Source: Psilocybe cubensis
Lineage: Eukaryota
Assembly: GCA_017499595.2 (NCBI GenBank)
Contig: CM039008.1
Span: forward strand, 1,054,001-1,118,000
Length of the DNA: 64,000 nt
Reading direction: 5' to 3'
How positions within the stretch are numbered: position 1 is the stretch's first letter; each line of letters starts with the position of its first letter. Of this stretch, positions 53,255 through 64,000 are shown piece after piece. A model generated the notes under the pieces. That model made no database searches and was not told the origin of the DNA. It saw only the letters and a program-made list of their open reading frames with translations. A program made the position numbers and the translations under genes.

Positions 53255-54819
53255 CATCAACTAAACATACAAAAGATTACAATGCATCACAAACCAATAC
53301 AAGGATTTTTTAGCATTACAAACCCAAACAATCTTTGGGGGCTGGTTTACAATATCAAGAAATAATTCTCTTAGGTTTACAAAATGGTCACAATTATTCA
53401 ATTTTTTTATTCATTTGAGTATAGTCTTGCACCTCCATCTGCACTTTCATCTTATTGTCTGCCTCCATCTGTCGGATTATATCAATCTTACCCTGCACAA
53501 TAACTCCATCATTGTTATTGTTGTTGTTATAGGTGGGTTGTTGTCAACTATTAGGGTTGTGTCAAGCGGAATGAAATCAAGGGCAAGTTTGTAGACAGAA
53601 GTCAGAGGCTGAAGTCGGAAAATAAAGTTGCTATCAAATTTGGTGGTTAGAAGGCTTAGCTTCAGCTTATGTGCTGTGCTCTTCCTATACCTTGTGCCCT
53701 AATTTGGATATGGAAATCTAAAAAGAGAACAGTACTAGACAAGAAACTAAGTCAAAGACAAAGTTGGTCGAGTACTGGTTGAAGTCAAATTGAAGTTGTT
53801 GAGGTAGACTTAAGTTCCTTAGAGCCTAAATCCAATTGAATTTGGAATTAGAGTTTGAAGTGAAGTCAGATGAAGTATCAAATGAACAGAAATGTCTAGG
53901 TTACTCAAGTTACCCAAGTTGATAATCAGCTTGGGGATTCTAGCCTACAACAAGAGGGGTTTATATACTACTGTTAGAATAAGGATGAACCACCAAGAAA
54001 TGAGTCATAAGGAATAAAGATAAGGAATAAGAAATAGGAATAAGGATAATGAATAAAGGAAATAAAGTTTAGGAGTAAGGTAAGACAAGTGTCTGAGACA
54101 AGTCTACATACAAAGTCGGACTAAAGTCAGAGGGACAGAAGTTGGAGATGAAGTTGAGGACCAAAGTTGGAAGTGAAGTTAGAAGTTGGAAGTCGGATAT
54201 GGAATTTGACTGACAATGTCATATGACAGAGTTGAGAGAGTATGGCATATGTATAACACCAACAACAACAATAATGTTAATTTTAAAAAAAAGATTGTGG
54301 AAAATTTGCACGCACCATAATTAATTTAATTTTTTATTTTAATAAAGTTTCATGGTATAATGGTTAAGTGCTGTCTTTTTTTTTATTAAACTTGATGGTT
54401 CAAACCTCAACCAGGCCATTTATTTGGCATGCAGACTACAAAGACTACAGGCCTATGGTAAATATCATGTTATATTGCCTTGGCCTTGATTATACCATCT
54501 CCGTAGAATACCGTATGTTGTGAATAAAATGTATTAAACATATGTAGTGAAAACATATCATGTAATCCAATTATGTAAGGCTACTAAATATTACAAAGGC
54601 TACTGGAAAGTCCGGTTACTACGGTGTCTACTGTAATATAGGCATATGCTACTGAAAAAAAAGTTTTCTGCTGATGTATAAGACATTACAAGACTATTAA
54701 TTCTTGTAATCTCATACAAACATTGGTTAAGAGTATCATAATCCGGCTCCAGAATTGTGAAGAAAAAATAATTTATTGGGTTTGTAATGCTTTGAAATCT
54801 CCCAGCCCTTTTTATAATG
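53255..54819. mobile_element. Non-autonomous DNA element with CAT…ATG termini and TA TSD
   Basis: Removal with one TA restores QFL|GFCNFY in the host RT; imperfect TIRs share AGATT.CAA.GCAT.ACAAACC. Confidence 0.78.
53549..54253 (-). repeat. Diverged solo LTR, same family as 44286-44963
   Basis: Reverse-complement homology over its whole length; TSD not clean. Confidence 0.82.
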
Positions 54820-57800
54820 TAGGTTTCTGCAACTTTTATTGCAGGTTCATTGTGCAATTTGCTTGCATTGCCTCTCCACTCAACTTCCTCTGCGGGAAGC
54901 AACCCTGGTCTTGGTCTACGCAACACAACACCACCTTCCGGAACCTATGTGACGCTGCCGCTGCCTCGCCTGTTCTTACAATTCCCCTCGACAATGCCTC
55001 TTTCCGAATTGAGGCGGACAGCTCTGGGTTTGCTACTGGGGCTGTACTTTCTCAGCTTCAAGACAACGTATGGCATCCGGTTGCTTTTGCCTCCAAAGCT
55101 CTTAGCGAGGTCAAACATAACTACAATATCCACAACAGAGAGCTACTGTCCATTATGCAATTGCTAGATAACTGGCGCAGATACCTTCACGGCCCCCCCA
55201 CCCATCAAAATCCATTCCAATCACCGAAATCTGCAGTATTTCATGACAGCTCAGAAACATAACTGACGTAAAGCCCAATGGTCTCTTGAGCTTGCAGATT
55301 TTAACTTTGTGCTCATTCATAAACCAGGCAACACTATGGTATGCACAGATGCTTTATCCTGAGGCCCCAACTATAACAAAGGAACCGACAACAACTTGAA
55401 CATCTTGTTACTAAAGCCAGAATACATAAGGTGCACCTATGTACGTTGATCTCCCCAACAGCCCCTTTCTTGCTGAAATCAAAGCCAACAAGCCTACACT
55501 TGACAAATTCTTTAGCACACACTGCAACTTACATGGCTGGTCTTCCTCTAATGGCCTCGTCTTGTGGCACAATCATATTTTTGTGCCCAACTGCAGTGAC
55601 ATCAGGCAGCATATTCTGAAAGCTAACCATGACTCACCCACTGCTGGCCACCCGGGGCGCACTAAGACAATTGAGCTCGTCCAACGTGACTACTGGTGGC
55701 CCACCCTTTCAAAAGACGCTCGCTGCTACGTTGACAGCTGCAATGGCTGCCAACAATCAAAGCCTTTGTATCAACGCCCCCACGGTCTACTGACTCCAAA
55801 TAAGATCCCCTCCAACACCTGGAATGTTATCTCAGCGGATCTCATCACCAACCTTTCCCACTTCTCGGGATTCGACGCCATCTTTGTCGCTGTCAACCAC
55901 CTTTCCAAAACTGTTTGGATTATGCCCTACAAAAAGACAATAACTATGGAAGGACTGGCACGTTTGTACAGAGATAACATTTGGAAGGATTTGGGGCTAC
56001 CCTGTCATATGATATCTAACCATGGGTCTGTTTTTCTTAACAAGTTCACCCTTGTCCTAAATAACCTGTTAGGCATATTGGAAAACACATCGACATCCTT
56101 TCATCCACAGATCAATAGGCAAACCAAATATACCAACTAAGAAGTTGAACAATTCCTGCAGATTTTCTGTAACCAACGCCAATCCAATTGGGCTGAATGG
56201 CTTGCATATGCAGAGTTATCTTTCAACAACAAAGTAAATGTGTTAACCAGATACTCACTCTTCTTTCTCAATTTTGGTTGCAATCCTCAACGCCCTCTCT
56301 AGCCCATCCGCTAGTCAACTTTCCAGTCAAAGGTGCCAATAAATTTGCCTTGCAGATGGAGGCCCTTGCAAAAGAATCTTTTGCTGCTCTGGAACTTGCC
56401 GCCTAAGCCATGTCTCACGCCTACAACAAATTACATTCTCAAGCTTCCGTTTTTGATGTTGGCGACCTGGTACTACTCAATGCAACAGACATAAAAACAA
56501 AAAAACCTTGCAAAAAACTCAACAATAAACGCTACGGACCCTTCAAGATCACGCAATGCATTGGAATCCAATTTTATAAACTCACGCTGCCACTGGGTTG
56601 GTTGATCCACAATGTTTTCCACATTGCTAAACTATACCGCTACAACTTGCCATCTTTCCCCGTTCAACCTCAATCTGGCGATGCTCTGCCAGTTGCTTAC
56701 AATATTCCCCAATGTGCTGTCGGCAAAGTACTTAACCACAGAGACCTCAGGCATAGCAAACAATTTTTTGTAACTTTAGAAGGCTCCAATAACCCCGTAT
56801 GAGACTCAAAAGATGCTTTGTTTGACCCTAATGACTTGATTTCCAACTATCTCCAAAATCTTCCTCCCCTGCCCCCCGGTTTGTCTTAGAGAGGGGATGA
56901 TATTATGAGATTACCTAACATGACATCATTGTAGACACTGACTCCCGCATTTGTATGTCTTCCTTCCTTTTTGAGTAGCTACGTAGCCACCTCTTCAGGA
57001 CCGCCTACCTATATAACACGGCCCTCCTCTCCATATACATTAGTCTTGACCTTGTCTCCCAACTATTCGTTGTCTCTTTTTGCTCGTCTTTGCTCATCCC
57101 AAGTCCTCACCTGACATAACAACACCAAACCCCAAAATACATCTGCAGACCAACATACCAAACAGCCAATACTAGTGTATGCTCAAGCCATACCATAAAC
57201 CACAATAGTCATTTACGGCAAACAAAAACCCCTATCTAGAAAACCAACACAAGAATCAGTATTGGTCTAGTACAGCCATGACCAAGTAAAAAATGGGATT
57301 AAAACCTTATACAAGGGAGTAGAACCATGGAAACAATGCCTTCTGACAGCCCTCAAATCTGCCCTAAAAATGCCCACCCAACCACTCTCTGTGTATCCTA
57401 TAATGGCTGAATATGAATGATGGCACGGCACCCCAAACAAAGAACTGCTTAAAGACTGCCTGGAGTTGCTACAAACCTAAAAACAACCTGTTATATCTAG
57501 ACCCATGGATATCATAGATAGACATGTCAGAAGCGACATATACCTTGAATATGCGAGAAAAAAGAACCAGCCCCTTGCAACAACTAAACAAACTAGCCAA
57601 CCCAGAAAGGCAATTACCATAATAAACACTACACACAACCCAGAATAATACACGGCACCTCTATCTACCTCTTGATCCAAATACAAGCCTATAAACAGAT
57701 CTTAATGGTAAAACACCGCTTCTTGGGTGACCGGAAAACAATATTAACAAACCTAGACATCATAAAACATGCAGTCCAAGTGATGCTGAACAATCAAAAC

Positions 57801-57868
57801 TCCCCAACCAATAGAAAAATCTGGCTGCTGTCGTTGCATCATAAAGCCTTAACAACTAAGATGCGCGC

Positions 57869-60258
57869 TAAAGATTGTAGTATATAATTTGTTATAGGCT
57901 ATAAACAACCCAATAAATCAATACTCCAGAAAAGGACTGGTCTAGTCTAGATAGAACAAATCCCTTGCCTAAGTGTCTTAAGGGTGGTCTATGCCTAGGA
58001 TTTAGGTAGATAAGGATTGTGTGAATAGTAAAAGGTAGTGAAAGCAAGATAGTGAGTACTAGGTCAACTAGATCTTCTGGGTACAATAGTAAAAAATTCT
58101 TCAGAAAATGGGATAGAATTGTAAAATTGGATAGCGGGTGTATAAGGAAAACAAGAAGAAGGTGCGTAGAAGGCGTAGGAGAAGTTAATAAAAGTGAACC
58201 TTAAAGGTGTAGTCTGGAGGGAATGGGAAACATTTCAAGAAGATGTGAGAAGGTGACTAGGAGTTGGTATGTTGTTGTATGGCTGAATGTTAAATAATGG
58301 ATGGTAAAGGTGAAGAAATTCTTAAATTGACAATCTTTCTGATGCTTGGCATGTCTCTTTTTGTTACAGGAATATTGACTGGATTTAGATAGAAAGACTA
58401 AGTCTGTTTCAAATGAGTTCACTCCAAATGAGTTGACGAAGGTGAGAATGTTTTGAATCAACTCCTAACAGCGATAATTGGAAGGTGTAGAAGGGGAAAG
58501 TATTATGACAGGTTAAATAGAGGAAAGGAAGTAGTGAGGTACTGGATGTCTGGATAGAGAGGAAAAGAAGGACTGGTCTCTTACAAAATCCTTTGCTGAT
58601 GGAGAGTGATTTGACTTTGGATGGATGAATGTAAAAATGATATTGTTAGAAAATGGAACTAATAAATTGATTTTGACTTAAGCTTGGGATTGGGCTTGAA
58701 TTTGAGTTTGGAATTGAAATGAATTGATGTGGATTGACTTGAAATTAACTTGACAATGCACACCTAAACAAAATCAGAGCAAAGGAGAACCCAAACTGCG
58801 AATAGTGTGCAGACAACGTGCCGGAGACAGTAATGCACTATCTGAGAACCTGCAGCGCATACATAGCACAGAGAGAAGAATGGAGAAAAGAGTTGGGACT
58901 AGGAAGAGCGATCGATCTAGTGCTCCTGGGGAAGATAAAGACAATCCAGAGCGCACTCAGATATGTGAAAGCAACAAAAAGATTTGCAGAATTGCACAGC
59001 GACATCGTATGCAGGGAAAAAGAAACAAAAGAGGAGGAGAAGAGGAGAGAGGAGGAAGAGGAGCTCGAGCAGGAAGAAACATGGGCGTAGAAGAAAATTG
59101 CAAGCAACAAAGACCGAGAAGAGTGACAAGATACTGACAGAGAAGGCGCCAACAGAGCAGGCCACAGCCCAAATGTCCCACTTCATTTTATTCCCGACGT
59201 GTACATATTCAAGACTTACATTCAAAACTATTCTATATTTTCTTTCAATCAATGTCCCATATTGCGCATTCAACTTTCATCATCATTCTCCATACATTTT
59301 ATACAATAGACCATATAATTCAACTAATATAAACACCACATATTACAATCTAGATATTATACACCAAGGTGCGAGGCGCTACCAAAGGAGGCCCAACACT
59401 TCAGTAGAGTTTGAGTAGATTAGAACAGCAGCACATTAGAGTAGAAGTAGTAGTCGTAGACATCCTACATAAGGTACAACCTCAAAGGGCAATAAATGGA
59501 TTAAAAAAAAAAAAAAAAAAAATTAACTTGACTTAGATGAAAATTGACTTGCTTTGAAGAAAGTGGGGACTAGGGACCGGGGTGTAACTTTCCTATCATT
59601 TTGTGTAATTCTACTACAGCTTTTATACTAAAAGCTACATGAACAAAATACCAATCTAAGCTACTGAAAACCGAGTCATATACTGTACAAAGTGTCAAGA
59701 ATGAGGCTACGCAAGAGTAACAATAAGCAAGAACAATAAGATCTGTCAATATCAATGCGACAATAGATGAGAATGAATAGGATGAGTAAGAAAGAAGTGT
59801 ATGAAAAAGGTGAATGGTAATACAGATTAGATAAAAGAAGCAATGATGTGTAAGAAAGCATAGATGATTGGTAAGTCAAAGACAATAAAAGCACAATAGA
59901 CAATAGAAATAATATAAATAAATACAAAAAATGAATAAGACAAACCAAAAATAAGTTAAAATAAGTAATCTGCAGTCTGATAATAAGTAAGACCATTGAG
60001 TTGATCAAAATAGAGTTGACAGTCCGGCTGTGCAAGGCAGTGCAAGATACTGTACAGTTTGATGGATGACTGATCCATCATATAGCTTTGATGATCCAAC
60101 AAAAGTGACATGATCTGGAATAACGTGGCTCCCATATGACAAGTATTGATAAGATAAGATAGATGTGTGACTTAAGAAAAAGGATGACTACTTGGATTGA
60201 GGACATTGTGTGTAGATCCAATTGAATATCTCATCTCCAATTAGGATTGGGTGCGATA
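57869..60258 (-). repeat. Diverged solo LTR of the Gypsy A family, containing a LINE insertion
   Basis: Reverse-complement homology to 16057-17685 end to end; no clear TSD. Confidence 0.88.
58755..59519 (+). mobile_element. 5'-truncated Tad1-like LINE (ORF2 C-terminal CCHC, 3' UTR, poly(A))
   Basis: HLNKIRAKENPNCE*CADNVPETVMHYLRTC…YVKATKRF; AATAAA at 59491; poly(A) from 59503; 13-bp TSD AAATTAACTTGAC (58742-58754, 59520-59532). Confidence 0.88.
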
Positions 60259-60729
60259 TATAAAATTGGACAATATTAGACAAATATTCCCAGACTCAAA
60301 GGAAGAAGCTAGTGTAAAACATGTAATACAGAAGAAAACATGGAACATATACTCCTCGAGTGCTCTAAAACAGGCCAAAAGTGGGCCTGGAAAGCCACAA
60401 AACAACTCTGATTGCTGAAGAATACAGAATGGCCACAGCCCATACTAGAAAACATCCTAGGATGTGGACTACCAAATATTGAACAAAATAATGCCCCACT
60501 TCCTGGGAGAAGTCAACTGTACACAATACTGATGTTGAAAACAGCTCTCCTCATCTGGAAAACAAGATGTAAGTAGAAAATTACCAATAACAAAACAAAA
60601 AAACTTGCTCCAACAAGAACCCAGGTTAGAAACAGATAGCTAGCATGCATAAATCACTGCCTAAAACTGGACTGTATATCAATAAATAGACAAGCATACG
60701 GTAAACAAGCAAATAACGCCTGCCTTATA

Positions 60730-62334
60730 CAGTGGGCAAAAAAACCGTTTGAGTGTTGGTCACGTATGAAAAGATTAATTTATAACTTTGAAATTAAAAA
60801 TGTTAAAAATATGAGATTATTCACAGATATACTATATGGTGTTAGCTAAAGGATGACACACTAATCATGTGATTTGTCCAAGAATTGACCAAACAGCAGC
60901 ATACACAATTTGCTAAGTCATTTGAACAGTTTTTTTACTAGTAATTTAAATGCTATAAACTATGTATTATCACATGACTTTGTTGATATACCAAACAACT
61001 ATCAATAAAATCATGTGACTACATGTTGAATAGGTATATAATAGCTACAACCAACCTCTTTATCCCCCCAATCAAGCATAAAATCCCTCTCTAAAGCAAT
61101 CATTGCTACTATTGTCTCTCTTCTTACTTCTGGTCACTCCTATGCCTCTATCAAGGCCTAGACTGGAGCTAGTGCTGGTTCTATCACCAAGATTTGCCAA
61201 GACTACTGTCCTGAGGCAGTGGTTTCCCATGGAGGACGCCTAAAAAAGCTGACTGGTGCCAATATCACCTATACCAAGCGTGGAATTCGAACTGGACAAA
61301 TCAAGAATGCTGTGCAAGCTGCCAAGTCTCTGGCTACTATTAATGGCCAGAATATTAGTCCTCAAACAGTTAGGAATGCACTCAAATCAACTGGCATGGT
61401 CTCAGTAGCAAAACAAAAGAAGCCTTTGTTATCAAAAAAGCATAGGAGGGCTAGATTAGAGTTTGCAAAAAGGCACTTGGAGTGGACTGTGGATGACTGG
61501 GCAAGGGTCTGGTGGTCAGATAAGACCAAAATCAATAGATTGGGTTCAGATGGCAGAGATCAGGTGTGGATAGACAAGGCAAACAGACAGGACCCCAGGA
61601 GGATCAAGCAAACTGTGAAGTTTGGAGGAAGTAACTTGATGATGTGGGGTTGTATGGGATGGGAAGGAATTGGATTTGCCATTAGAATTGATGGGAAGAT
61701 GGATGCTCAGTTATACATTGAGATCCTAGGTGATGAGCTTCTAAAATCCTTGGAGTGGTATGGTCAACAGGTAGAAGATATCCACTTTCAGCAAGACAAT
61801 GACCCCAAGCACACCTCAAAATTGGCCAAGAAATGGTTTAAAGAGCAGAATTTTAGGGTCCTCATATGGCCTGCACAATCTCCAGATCTCAACCCCATTA
61901 AACATCTATGGGAATACCTTAAAAGAAGACTTAATGAACATGAAGTCCCACCAAAGGGTATCCATGAACTTTGGGAGAGGGTTAAGAAGGAATGGAATGG
62001 AATACCCAAGGAAGTGGTGCAGAATTTGATTGCTAGCATGCCTAGAAGGTGTGCAGCAGTGATTAAGGCCAAGGGTGGACATACAAAGTACTAGTAGATA
62101 TGATTTATTAATACTCAAGTGTTTAGCAAAAAAACTGTTTGAATGACTTAGCAAATTGTGTATGCTGCTGTTTGGTCAATTCTTGGACAAATCACATGAT
62201 CAGTGTGTCATCCTTTAGCTAACACCATATAGTATGTCTGTGAATAATCTCATATTTTTAACATTTTTAATTTTAAAGTTATAAATTAATCTTTTCATAC
62301 GTGACCAACACTCGAACGGTTTTTTTGCTCACTG
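60730..62334 (+). mobile_element. Full-length Tc1 (DD34E) DNA transposon, 1605 bp, 211-bp TIRs
   Basis: TA|CAGTG…CACTG|TA; TIRs 60730-60940 and 62124-62334. Confidence 0.96.
61078..62094 (+). pseudogene. Tc1 transposase (ATG>ATA, stop at 61159, catalytic E>K)
   Basis: WSD, QQDNDPKH, WPAQSPDLNPIK with 34-residue spacing, GGHTKY; sister copy at 43694 keeps the ATG. Confidence 0.92.
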
Positions 62335-62648
62335 TATAAAAGACATGGTGGAGAGTATTAAGAGATTAATAGGATCTTAGAGAAGACTGGCTTACAGCTG
62401 CTAGGGCTTTAGTGGGTATCACAGAGTCCTATACCAGAGAAAACTGACCACAGTGTCAGCATCCAAGTCCCATACTGCTTCCCAAAGGAGCGTGCAAAGA
62501 CATTTCCCTAGAGTGCAGCTTAGAGCATTGCCCTAATGACCTCCTACCAGTCAAAAAGTCTAATTCTATTAGATGTCTGAGATTAATAGTACCACCAAAA
62601 AAAAACAAAAAAAAAAACTAATTAATTGTCCAAACCAAACAACAGGAT

Positions 62649-63832
62649 CATCGCGAAAACCGCCAAAAACATGCATTGCCTTTGTACCCTTTTAAGGTAA
62701 GTCAGGAATTAGCCGACCTTACCAAGCCAATCAAAACATTTGTTGACCTTGGATTGCCTTTGAAAGGTTAGTGAATTATTAACTGATCTTTGCTTGGGAT
62801 TTTAATATTTGTTCTTATTGTAAGTCATAGCAAAAGATTTCAGATGTATGTATAATCAGAGAATTATAAATTCCACCTTATTTTCCAATATAATTATATG
62901 CTTTGCCTTATATTGTGTTGTAAAGCTTTAGAAAAATATTTCCTTGTTAATGAAATCTTCCCTAAAAATTGAAAGGCAAACCAATATCTAGATTAGTAGT
63001 GTAGGTTATTCATTGATTTTTAGTTATTATATTGATTGTTCAATATTTATAACCACGGGGCGTTCCTCACTGCTCAGAGCAAGCTCAGGGACAAAGTTCC
63101 GTGAGAAATCACATGACATAGAGTCAGACATTGGGGCCACGGAAATTGGGGACGGGGACTCTAAAAGACCGTCGCACAACTCAAAACGACTCTGTCAAGG
63201 CTTTTCACTTCCCCCATCTTCAAGAAATTAAATGGTAAGAATTTCTTCCTAACTTGTGAGATTCCTGCCTTATAACCTCTAGCATATACAGTTCTAACAG
63301 TACTAGCACACATGTGGGACTGGGTTTGGCTGGTCAGATAGTAAGTGCACATCATATTCTGTACCATCTATTCCACAATGTACTCATTTTCAACACAAAG
63401 GTGACCAACTATCTGATTCTTGCACTCGGTCTCATTCTCGCTTTTAGTGTAGTTTTTTTGCTCTGCTGTTTTGACTTCTACAGTAGCTTTTTTTACTACA
63501 CGTGTATTTGTATTTAGTTGGTTAATAAGCAATTTGTACATTTCTGGATACCGGCGGCCAAGCCAGAAAGAGTGAAATAAGATTCATTAATGAGCGCACA
63601 TCTTTGCAAACTTACCCAGCTTTGCAAGGGCAATTAAAGATTTGCCCTGCCTTCAAAGGTCAACTAAGAATGACCAAAAGTTACTAAGGATTTGCAATGT
63701 TGCTAATTATAACGTGTCCTTACTTGTAAGTGCTTACAAGTAAGGCCATTTATAATCTTTGTGTCCTTAGTGCCATTTGTTACCTTTATTAGCAATGTAT
63801 TATCTGGCAAACTTATGGCGGTTTTCGCAATG
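62649..63832. mobile_element. Non-autonomous TIR element with CAT termini and 2-bp (AT) TSD
   Basis: CATCGCGAAAACCGCCA / TGGCGGTTTTCGCAATG; subterminal (G)CCTTTG/CAAAGG-like repeats. Confidence 0.72.
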
Positions 63833-63889
63833 ATACCCATAGTAGTTGATTCTATCATTATGCTAAGTACCATACTTTTTCTGTCTAAT

Positions 63890-64000
63890 AAATAAAAGTA
63901 ATATCATATGGAAAAAGGATGAGTAAGATTAAGAATTATATAGAATTTACTAGGAAAAATAGAGCAAGAAGGGTGTGATGAAAGAAATAGACTATCTAAT
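63890..64000 (-). repeat. Diverged fragment of a Gypsy F-family LTR (runs off window)
   Basis: Matches ~46929-47039. Confidence 0.8.

Larger units (their letters stand above)
42380..57116 (+). mobile_element. Decayed chromovirus-like Gypsy E (RT-RH-IN plus 3' LTR 56901-57116); RT interrupted three times
   Basis: WDHTIDL…KLDIWWGYNNV…LIAEKH|VVIYMDNILIF…H|…KDVQQFL|GFCNFY…EADSSG…HDSPTAGHPG…YGPFK; PPT AGAGGGGATGA. Confidence 0.88.
57120..62617 (+). mobile_element. 3' portion of an L1/Tx1-like LINE, decayed, interrupted by a solo LTR and Tc1
   Basis: …PTNRKIW…KMRA|YKIGQY*TNIP…CKTCNTEENMEHILLEC…GQKWAW…|KTWWRVL…LVGI; A-rich tail 62597-62617; 5' boundary approximate. Confidence 0.72.

Noticed and set aside
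58805-59418. Arg/Lys-rich ORFs as a retrocopied host gene
   Set aside because: An alternative frame gives a LINE ORF2 CCHC C-terminus, which explains the insert.
57865-60262. TSD around the Gypsy A-family solo LTR
   Set aside because: GCGC vs TATA; the host LINE appears to have lost several codons at the junction.
1-64000. Neurospora-type RIP (CpA>TpA) as the main mutational process
   Set aside because: Differences between copies are mostly at CpG, and young elements keep long ORFs. A formal dinucleotide index was not computed.

Overview
Eukaryotic DNA, almost certainly from an agaricomycete basidiomycete (inferred from the transposon families, short introns and CpG-decay pattern). The 64 kb consists almost entirely of nested, mostly decayed transposable elements, and I found no supportable host gene. 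Nest 1 (3152-23411) is a Copia element with a copia/Ty5-type PBS. It carries a PIF/Harbinger-like two-gene DNA transposon (3852-18757, ATT TSD), whose transposase is split by an 11.5-kb Gypsy (6196-17685). That Gypsy's 5' LTR has a precise 355-bp internal inversion. Nest 2 (~25560-42250) is a minus-strand Gypsy containing a short-LTR chromovirus, which contains another Gypsy, which in turn contains CACTA-like, Tc1 and CAT-ended pieces. Nest 3 (~42380-57116) is a chromovirus-like Gypsy whose RT is interrupted three times, including by a 6381-bp self-priming chromovirus (46666-53046) in which I could find no CpG. Nest 4 (~57120-62617) is an L1-like LINE 3' end containing a solo LTR (itself hit by a Tad1-like LINE 3' end) and a Tc1 element. 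The most notable signals are the CpG-free retrotransposon beside four RTs with the same CpG-type YxDD>YxDN change, the exact LTR inversion, and 11-12 nt Tf1-type self-priming signatures. All coordinates and counts were read by eye.
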